From: Octopus sinensis
Lineage: Eukaryota
NCBI RefSeq assembly: GCF_006345805.1
Contig: NC_043018.1
Coordinates: 16,306,001-16,370,000, forward strand
Direction: 5' to 3'
Length of the DNA stretch: 64,000 nt
Part shown: in pieces, positions 54,464 through 64,000 of the stretch
Position numbering within the stretch: position 1 is the stretch's first letter
Layout of the letters: each line of letters begins with the position of its first letter
Notes under the pieces: model-generated
Told to the model about the DNA's origin: nothing
Database searches by the model: none
Seen by the model: the letters and a program-made list of their open reading frames with translations, nothing else
Made by a program: the position numbers and the translations under genes

Positions 54464-54763
54464 ATCGGCGGGCTGGCAGAATCGTTTGCATCCTGGACAA
54501 AATGCTTAGCAGCGTTTCGTTCGTGTTTACGTTCTGAGTTCAAATTCTGCCGAGGTCGACTTTGCTTTTCATCGTTTCGGGGTCGATAAAATGAGTACCA
54601 GTTGAACACTGTGGTCGATGTGATCAACTAGTCCCCCCCCCAAATTCCAGGCCTTGTGCATATAGGAGAAAGGATTATTACTGATGAGCAGAAGGTGGCG
54701 AGCTGGCAGAATCGTTAGCATGCCGGACAAATTGCTGAGTAGCATTTCGATCGTCATTACGCT
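54464..54763 (+). mobile_element. SINE-B (tail-2) followed by a second SINE-B head
   Basis: gcgggctggcagaatcg..ccttgtgcatataggagaaagg, then aaggtggcgagctggcag at about 54692. Confidence 0.8.
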
Positions 54764-56150
54764 GTGAGTTAAGGGTATCTCAATTCGTATATCTGACCTG
54801 TCATCCAGTGAGGAAATATTCGATAACCACGCTCCATATTACAACCAAGCGCTCGCTACCAGAAGCTTCTCCCAACAAATAAAATACATCCCTAATACTA
54901 GGCTCAAGCAACATATCCTTCAAATCGTATCACAACAACGTGCCAACCATCAGAATCACGTACACTATACGAGAACTCCGGGAGAACCCAGATTAAGACA
55001 ACTTAGACCCTACTCGCACACAAAACAGCTAACAATAACGGGTCATATTACCCACCTCTAATTTCTAAAAATATAGATGACACTACCCAACTAAACCACC
55101 ACAAAAATGGTGGACGCCACATTCTATGATATACACCGCCCTTCTCACTAAACGTAAGAACTTAGCTAAATCCTTGTTTAATATACTGGACTCCAACTTC
55201 TCTCGTCGACATAAATATTACTCTATCTTTAATAGATCTACCCTAAAGCTATCCTACTCCTTCCCGCCCAAATTTGAGTCTATTATAACAGCCACTGATA
55301 AACGGAAACTTTCTCTCTATTATCAAAACTTACACTGTAACGAGCGCCCAACAGATACATACTCCTAATATCGAACTCCATACATTGAATAGACCACAAC
55401 GGAAACCATACCGATCCCACTAACACTAACCAGAATGCTACTACCACAACTGCCACCACTTTTACAGACACACCTCACGCATATTCATTACTTACATTCT
55501 CATCTCTTCCTACCCTTCCCATACTTCTCTCCCATCTCCCCTCATCATATCTTGACCACCAACTAACACTCCTTTCTTCATTTTTTTCACTTTCTTTCAC
55601 TCTTTTTTCTTGTTTTAATTTTCTCTTCCTCTTTCTTTCTTCTTTCCTCACCTTTTCCTTTTGACCTTTCTCCTCGCTTCAACATACACATCTCTTCTCT
55701 TCTCTCTATCCACCTAATACTACCACTACATTCTCAAATTTTCATTCACACCACAAGACTCCCTTTGACTGAATCGCACATGGAACCTACGTCTCCACAC
55801 TTTCCATTTGTGATGACAAGATATGAACTCCTATTGGAATTTACATACCGCAGACAAGAGGCATTTCTACCACTTCTACACACCACTTTCCTTGGATAAT
55901 GGAACTGCAACTTTAACAGCTTTATTTTTATTTCTACGTTCACTCTCTACTATTTTCGTCTATACTCCTTATTTCCTCTTTTCCCATAGTAACTCCTTAT
56001 ATTGAACCCTAATATTTCCCTCTATTTAACAATCTCAATCGTCTCTGATGAAGGATTATTCATAATATCTCAGAAACAGCTGTAAGACTAACTTTCTCTT
56101 TATAAATATCCTGAAAATTCTACACAGCCTTGGATTTGTTGTCTCATTTT
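54764..56150 (+). mobile_element. Penelope-like element, 3' remnant
   Basis: VKGISIRISDLSSSEEIFDNHAPYYNQAL and SLFNILDSNFSRRHKYYSIFNRSTLKLSYS (Penelope RT C-terminal region), then a pyrimidine-rich 3' region and a terminal hammerhead. Confidence 0.8.
56041..56088 (+). ncRNA. Type I minimal hammerhead motif in the Penelope terminal repeat
   Basis: GTCT-CTGATGA-(imperfect stem II)-GAAA-C-AGCT-G-TA|AGAC; stem I GTCT/AGAC; palindromic stem III loop. Confidence 0.7.
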
Positions 56151-56739
56151 ATTTAACACGCACACTGTTCTAATGAAAAATTCAATATATTTAATCTTAA
56201 TAGCGCAGGTTTGTCTCTACGTTCCATTTAGCCATTTAAATGAAGTTAAAAGCTTATTTTTATGGCCTTGCAAAGATGGCCGACGATCTTAATTTGCAAT
56301 GATGCCTGCGTGTATTTAGATTTAGTATTGGTTAGTAAATTATTTACAGTATTATTACAATTATGTAAGTTACGTAAAGCAAGGCATTCGGATAATCTTC
56401 TAATGAATGACAAGGCTGGTAATTGCATTAATAATAGTCACCATTGAATTGACTGCAAATCTTTGCGTCGTTCTATCGCGTTTTTGAACGGTTCGTTCGC
56501 AATTCTGACAGAAACATACGCTGTCCTCTCATTATTAATAGCTCAAATAAGCTCCAAGATTATGCAGATTTAATAAAAAGACATAAATTCAGAAATAATT
56601 GTAGTGTAGGCATGTTTATTTGTCTAAAACTTATGGCAACATATATTAATATATTCTTAAAACATATTTTCCTCTTCGTTCGTGTTACAAATATTGTAGC
56701 CATCAAAATCACTTTAACTGAAACTGAATCAATATTTTA

Positions 56740-56793
<54 letters not shown>

Positions 56794-57270
56794 TTGTCTT
56801 GGTATAAAAGATGGGCTACAGCAAATATTCTGCTCAATACCACAGATTTGCTTGTCAGTTGTTTGACCGTAACCAGTTGAGCATGTCCCTTGGTGGCTGA
56901 CAATATGTGCATCTCTGATCACTAGGTGAAGTAGTGGGGGAGCATCATAGTCATGTGTTGAGAGGGATTCTTTGGGGTTTGAATAATTCACCTCTGGAAA
57001 CATGGGTGGTTCTTTCTACATTCTTAAACAACCCTTATTCAGGGACCTTTTGAGCGGGATGGGCTACTCATCCTGAAGAAAATTCTAACTGGGCCCCACC
57101 TGCAAGGTCATGTGCTCTTTATATTGATATGAGATCACTATGTCGTGCATATATGATTGTGATGCATGTGCCTGGTGTACCCTTATCAGACGGGTAGTCA
57201 TGATGGGTATATTGGGCTTCGTATATTTTACCCCAGTGTCACTTTGATGGCATGAACTGCTCTCTCACTC
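56794..57270 (+). mobile_element. ~560-bp element, 5'-truncated
   Basis: (AAT)n on both sides; invariant end ..ctgctctctcactc. Confidence 0.9.
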
Positions 57271-57291
57271 AATAATAATAATAATAATAAT

Positions 57292-57756
57292 ACACGCCAT
57301 AAAAAGGCACAGAAAATAAGAAAGCAACCAAACTATGGGACATGCCAACACACACAGATAGCGAAATTAAGGCCAATGGGCCAGATATAGTTGTCAGAGA
57401 CCATGAAGGAAAAAAATGCTTTCTAATTGATGTATCAATACCAAAGAAACGGTGAAACTTTGAAGGTACAAAGATTTGGAAATGTGGAGTCTAAAAACAA
57501 AAGCAATTCCTATTATAGTAGGCGCATTAGATTTTATAAAAAAGACATTCAGACAAATACAAAACAAGAACACAAGGACTAACAAATTTATATAACATAG
57601 AGAAAATAGCACTACTAGGCGCCGCACACATCCTACGTAAAACACTTTCAATACAGTGAAAGTAGGAGCACCACAACAAACCACTGTACATACCCAAGGC
57701 ACATAGAGCTGCGCTCGATAGTGCAGTCTAAGCACGTGATAAAAGTAAGACTACTG
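57292..57756 (+). mobile_element. 3' fragment of an R4/Dong-type RLE LINE (family 3)
   Basis: ENKKATKLWDMPTHTDSEIKANGPDIVVRDHEGKKCFLIDVSIP (PD..D RLE motif), YKDLEMWSLKTKAIPIIVGAL, LLGAAHILRK. Confidence 0.85.
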
Positions 57757-58496
57757 ATTAATATTAATATTCATATATCCAATGTCTACGAACTAATCAC
57801 TAATGTTTTGCCATAAACTTAAGTATTTGGTTCATAATGCACAACTGTAGCGAATCATGACATTTGGCCTAGCAACGAGTGTCGAGTTACGTTATTTTGC
57901 ATATTTAAACTACTAGTCATGTGATTTGTCTAGATATTGTTTAAGACTTGTTATAAATTAAATGAAAAATTCGTTCGCTTATATGATAGTGATATTTTAT
58001 TTCATTGTCTGCTATGTGAGGTTTCAATAAAAGAAAAACACATTAGACAATCAAAAATACAAATACAAAGTCAGTAGATTGCCGAGCCAAATGTTTCGTG
58101 TTATTTGTTCTGTCTCATCATTGCGGCCTGAGTTCAATTACCGCCGAGGTCAACTTTCTTTTTCTTCCTTTTGAGATGGATAAAAAAAAAAAGAATTAAT
58201 CCAAGACTTTTGCTTGGCAAAATTGTAAGGATGCTGGGGAGAATTGTAAAAATGTTGGTTCCTTGCGGTATTTGCTTCGGCTGTTTATGCCATGAGTGCA
58301 AATTCCGCCACGATCAATACTTGACATGTAGACTTAAATCGCTCAGTTCAACACCCACCTCTGGGCACAAATAGTGCATTCCGTTGCAAAGATAACGAAT
58401 CAGATTTCTGGTTTGAGGATATAAATTATCCCTTCCTCTTTCCCAGCAGTCTCGGAGTCCTTGTGATGGATCAAGGGAACTATCTACCCTTCCGAA

Positions 58497-58900
58497 AGCT
58501 TGCTTTCCGACCATATGATTCCAGGTTCAGTCCCACCGCGTGGCACCTTGAGCAAGTGCCTTGTAGTATAGCCTCAGGCTGACTAAATCCTCGAGTGGAT
58601 TCCATACACAGAAACTAAAAGAAGCCTGTCGTATATATAAATATATATATGGGGGGCGGTATGTGTGTGTATCTGTGTGTGTGTGCTTGTTTCTGTGTTT
58701 GTTCCCCCACCATCGCTTGACAACTGATGTTGGTGTATTTATGTCCCCATAACTTAGCAGTTCGGCAAAAGACCGATAAAATAAGTATGAGGCTTACAAC
58801 GAATAAGATCTGCGGTCGATTTCTTCAATTAAAAACCTTCAAGAGGGTGCTCCAGCATGGCCGCAGTCAAACGACTGAAAAAAGTAAAAGAATAAAAGAA
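58497..58900 (+). mobile_element. SINE-C, diverged
   Basis: Body and tail recognisable. Confidence 0.8.
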
Positions 58901-59519
58901 TAGGTGCAGACGTGACTATTCACAAAGTCATACGTGCGTTGGTAAAGGTTTAGTGGCTAGCGATCTATCATGGCGAATGCCGGACAGAGCTAGGAAGAAG
59001 GGGAGATAATAATGTAGTGGTGATCCCAAAACGAAGGTGCGTATGTATGTGAGAGCGTGTATGTGGGTGTGGAATGGGGATGGTGACGTTGACGTGTGTG
59101 TGTGTGCATGTATAGTTGTGTGGATGATGGTGTGGGTTCAGGGAAGTGGTCAGTGCTAGTCTGTGCGAGGTGGTGTGGTGTAGTATGGTAGTGCGTGGTG
59201 CGGTGGTGTGTGGTGTGGTGTGGTGGTGTTGGAGGCCCAGACTTTCGAGTTCTTTTACTGGTCTTCGAAAAATTGAAGGACCGATGCAATAATTGTTTGA
59301 ATCTGAGAGGGGAATATGTTGAGTAAAATCATAATTAGTTGATCCTCCTGTATTTTACTCGAAACCTAGAACTTTTCAGCGCCCCCTAATGTATACACAC
59401 ATAATACATACATACATACATACATACATACGTATGTACGTACGTACATACATACATACATACATACATACATACATACAGATCGCTATGTTGATTCGCT
59501 AGCTTCTGCACGCATTTTT

Positions 59520-59695
59520 TTTCTCTCCTTGTTTCTCTCCGTGTTTCTTTTCTGTGTATCTTTCTGTTGAAGAGCGTAGGCTCGAAACGTAAAAGACTTG
59601 TTTTATTTATATTCCTGAGCGCCATACTAATACAATTGTTTGTTTGTACTCCACCTGCCTTCGTCTTTTGTTTATTTTCATAAAGCTTCCCGTTA
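59520..59695 (+). mobile_element. ~175-bp Penelope-LTR/retrozyme-like module with a minimal hammerhead variant
   Basis: Stem I TCTTT/AAAGA (59559-63 / 59592-96); core CTGTTGA; stem II GAGC/GCTC; GAAA-CG-TA; flanked by (TACA)n. Confidence 0.72.
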
Positions 59696-59753
59696 CATAC
59701 ATACATATGTATGTACGTACGTACGTACGTACGTACATACATACATACATACA

Positions 59754-59787
<34 letters not shown>

Positions 59788-59964
59788 CGTACAAACAAAC
59801 AAACAAAAATACCCTGTTGTTGATGTTGGAATTTTAATGAGGGAATCTTGGATCTAGGTTAGAAACCGGCTTTTTCTCCATTGGCAAGAATCTTTGAAAT
59901 AAACTGAATAGTGACATACATACACACACACATACATACATACATACATACAGATAAACACACA

Positions 59965-60420
59965 GGTGTGGGTGTAGCTGTATGGGTAAGAAGTTTATTT
60001 CTAATCCATCCGTTATTTCTTGAGTTCAGATCTACTGAACGCCATCTTGGGCAAGTGCCTTCTACTATAACTCGGAGCGTCAAAGGATTTGGCAGACGAA
60101 AAACGAAAGAAGCGAGTTGTGTATTATATGTGTGTATGTGTTTGTGTGTGTGTGTGTGTGTGTATGTATTTGTTTGTGTGCGTGTGTGCATGTGTGTTTG
60201 TGTTTGTATTTGCTTTGGTCTCCTGCTTGTCTCCCATCACTGCTTGATAACCGGTTTTTGTTTATTTACATACTCGTAACTTAGCGCTTCGGCAAACAGA
60301 AACCAATGGAATTCGTACCAAACTTAAAAAGTAAGCACTAGTGTTGATACGTTTCACTAAACTCTTCATGACCGTGCCCCAGCAGGGCCACAAACTAGTG
60401 GGTGAAACATATGAAAGATA
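59965..60420 (+). mobile_element. SINE-C, old diverged copy
   Basis: gtgtagctgtatgggtaag..catcttgggcaagtgccttct..gtgccccagcagggcc. Confidence 0.65.
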
Positions 60421-61190
60421 AAAATTAGAAAAAAGCATCACCTAAAGTGGTCTCCAAGAAAAACACATTCGTTTTATGTCTTCTTTTTCAACAGAAAACG
60501 TAAAGATAAATAAAAAAATAAAATAGTTCAGATTAGTTTGAATTGGCATCAAAAGCGAAAGTAAACGAGACAGTTAGAGAACGAAAATAAAAACTTTAAA
60601 AAAATCAAATTCAAATAAAATAAAATAAGATAAGATAATAACACAGAGATAAAGAATATGACTTAAAACCATAATTAAACCGAACCGAAAAGACTTCGTT
60701 GAAGAAGATAAAAGTAGGATGCTTTAGTTCCACTTAGCGCCTCGTCTCCATTTGTCATTAAAGACTATTCCGTGATTTGGAGAACACTTGCAATATGATA
60801 TATGTAAGGAAACCTAGTCACGATTTACAATCATTGACTTAGATAAACGCCGTTCGACTGCTTCCGATAATTATTAGGCCATATTTCATTGTGATAATTC
60901 TAGCCAGAACAAAACAAAATTGTATGGTGCAAATATTTTCATTATGGCGTCCATTAAAAATATGTCTTCCTCCGCCTCAGAGTGACTTTGAATTTGCTCG
61001 TAAATTTAATCAGTGTTTCCGGTGGAAGAGTTTAATGTTACCAGAATGACACAGTAACCGAATGCGCTCATTTTATTGCTGTATTATTATTTTACGCTCG
61101 ACTTCTATATTCTCCTTTATTAGTTTCGATTATTGGAGTGCGACTATGACTGGGTAAGATAGATAGGAAGATAGATAGATAGATAGATAC

Positions 61191-61258
<68 letters not shown>

Positions 61259-61380
61259 GAAGATAGATAGATAGACACATTGATTTATAGATAGTGCATA
61301 CATACGTGCATAAACACAAACTGATTTTCGTATGTAGTCACGAAATGTATGCGTATATACGTATGTGTCTGTGTGTGTGG

Positions 61381-61418
<38 letters not shown>

Positions 61419-61521
61419 GTATGTATATGTATATTTGTGCATATTATTTAAATTTATACACGCACACAAACACACACGCATATATTTCGTGACAACTTTA
61501 CACATGAAAATATGTTTACTG

Positions 61522-61633
<112 letters not shown>

Positions 61634-62034
61634 TCTATCTCTCGACTGACGTGATGTCGCAGCGTCTCCGCAGGCAATCGCTTTTTTCGACCTTTTATTG
61701 CATACAAGGTGCGTAAAGCACCCGGCTTTCATTTGAGTGTTTTCAAGGGAGGGATGTGACGCCTAGGTGCAGTTGCAAACCTTTTAACATTTCTATTTTC
61801 TTTGGTGTCCTTGCCATATTTCTAAACAAATATGGTGAAGCGAAACCATGAGGCCGACTTTCTGCCTCTACCAGTGCTATGGTCGAAGGAAGCTGAAAGC
61901 AAAGCCGTTCCGCGTGAGTGCACATAGGCCTTAGAGGGCGTTGTCAGAGCTAGATTGCATGCTCTGATGAGCGGAGTTGGAGCTGCCTGAGAATCCCGAC
62001 TGATGAGGCGCACTACAGCGGAAGCTGGTGACGA

Positions 62035-62230
62035 TGTTTCCCCATCCCAACATTGCTTGACAACCGATGCTGGTGTGTTTACGTCCTCGTAACTTACCGG
62101 TTCGGCAAAAGCTACCGATAGAATAAGTACTAGGCTTACAAAGAATAAGTCCTGGGGTCGATTTGCCCGACGAAAGGCGGGGCTCCAGCATGGCCACTGA
62201 TAAATGACTGAAACAAGTAAAAGAATAAAA
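62035..62230 (+). mobile_element. SINE-C, 3' half (similar half copies at about 30690, 32086, 41285, 42780, 46575)
   Basis: cattgcttgacaaccgatgctggtgtg..aatgactgaaacaagtaaaagaataaaa. Confidence 0.85.
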
Positions 62231-62491
62231 TCCTTTTATCGAATCCTATTTTTCCTGTTCGTTCTACGAAACCAATGTGTGTGTGGGAGGGTGGGGTGTT
62301 GTTTTGGGTGTTTAGGTGTGGGTGTGATTGTGTCTCTGTGTGTGTTTGTGTTTGTGTGTGTGGGTGGCTGGATGAGTGGGTGTGTAAGCATACATTTGTA
62401 TATCACACGAGTGTGTAAATAAACATGTTCTGTAGTGAATACATATAGATCTATCCATATATACATGTGTGTGTACTGTACGTATATATAT

Positions 62492-62551
<60 letters not shown>

Positions 62552-62581
62552 CATATATATATGTATGTATATATATATATG

Positions 62582-62621
<40 letters not shown>

Positions 62622-63713
62622 CATATATATACACACACAACACTCACACTCACACACATGTATCTACCTATCTATACTATTAATAGATAGAGACATACGC
62701 CAACTTCACCATCACCACCACAACCATCATTCAAATACATTTTGCGCAAACGAAACAAAAGATCTCTATACCAACATAAATATACATTCTTTATGTAAAA
62801 AACTTGCCCCAAGGGAAAAACCATGAATTCTGTTTACTGTTTGGAAAGAAGTAAAGAAATATTTTTCCCGAATATAGAAATGGAATGTGTATACGTACTT
62901 ATTTAAAGTTTATTTAAAGACTTCTGCTGTAGTTTTAACTAGTTTTTTTTCTAATGAAAAATTTAATTTGTTTTTGTTTCAATTTCTTTAATTATTTGCT
63001 GATTTAAATGAATCTGATTTTAATGAATCTGAGGCTGTAAATATTCATGAATATTTAATGCTAAATGTTATTAAGTATCTATTGTTTTGAATTTGTCTGC
63101 AGTCAGTTCATGTGTAGTTGAGAAAAACCAGCACACGCATGCGCACAAGCGCAACATACTGCAGAAACATATAAACACATAGGCACGCGCACATATACAC
63201 ACAAATACACATACGAAAGAGATGCGTAGACGAACAAGAAACATTCATACACACAAATATCCACATATATGCACACAGGAGGAACACATATAAACACACA
63301 AAAACTTTCGAATCTGGGTATATGGCGCAGTGGTTAAGATACTTCTCTGAAGACCTCCCGTTGTTCAGCTATCCCGTGTGTTTACGTACATATTAGAATT
63401 TTTGTATTGTTTTTGGTTTTGTATCTTACTCTATATATGCAACCGAAGACAATGGAATAAGCAACTCTCTTTATAACATTAATTTACAATTGTTTCATCG
63501 GTGGTCGATCTCATGAGAATTGCCATATTATGTCAGAAATATATGTAACTGTTGATTCAATATACGTCATTTATAATCCAAGGAAAACCTCCGAATGAAA
63601 TTATCAACATCATCATTAGTAGTAGTATTAGTATTAGTAGTAGTAGTAGGAGGAGGAGGTGGGGGCAGCAGCAGCTGTAGTAGTAGTAGCAGTAGTAGAA
63701 GCAGCAGCAACAG

Positions 63714-63757
<44 letters not shown>

Positions 63758-63759
<2 letters not shown>

Positions 63760-64000
63760 TGAGAGAGCAGTGCATGCCATCAAAGTGACACTGGGGTAAA
63801 ATATACGAATCCCAGTATACCCATCATGACTACCCGTCTGATAAGGGTACATCAGGCACCTGCATCACAACCATATGTGCGCGACATGGTGACCTAATAT
63901 CAAAATAAACAGCACATGACCTTGCAGGTGGGGCCCAGTTAGAATTTTCTTCTTGTCGAGTAACACATCCCGCTCAAAAGGTTAAGGGTTGTTTAAGGAT
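63758..64000 (-). mobile_element. ~560-bp element, cut by the window end
   Basis: (att)n-cagtgagagagcagtgcatgccatcaaagtg... Confidence 0.9.

Noticed and set aside
61640-62030. GC-richer island with two CTGATGA motifs; possible retroelement RT or hammerhead remnant
   Set aside because: No GAAA in register, and translations are interrupted without a convincing motif.

Overview
AT-rich eukaryotic intronic DNA. The repeat landscape suggests a coleoid cephalopod, probably Octopus; this is my inference from repeat recognition, not a database result. The only host gene I can support is a receptor-type (transmembrane) guanylyl cyclase on the minus strand. Three phase-compatible GT-AG exons (20086-19911, 11293-11158, 7443-7286) encode about 156 aa of its periplasmic-binding-protein-like ectodomain, most like the Gyc76C/Gyc32E/NPR group. 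I found no other exons. The rest is mostly microsatellites and mobile DNA: four tRNA-headed SINE groups (my labels SINE-A to SINE-D), a SINE-derived 167-bp tandem array, Penelope-like remnants, Tc1/mariner remnants and a MITE, a non-autonomous Helitron, a CR1/L2-type 3' end, and R4/Dong-type restriction-like-endonuclease (RLE) 3' fragments stacked in (TAA)n tracts with an ORF-less ~560-bp element. Best observations: (1) several type I hammerhead ribozyme motifs, one essentially canonical and a family with a shared core substitution; (2) (TAA)n landing pads holding several co-oriented retroelements; (3) a TSD-flanked chimeric SINE and a SINE variant with apparent GGTA-site preference; (4) a 150-bp near-perfect palindrome centred on (TA)n. 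Almost all ORF-track entries are microsatellite or SINE artefacts. There is a 100-N gap at 36668-36767.
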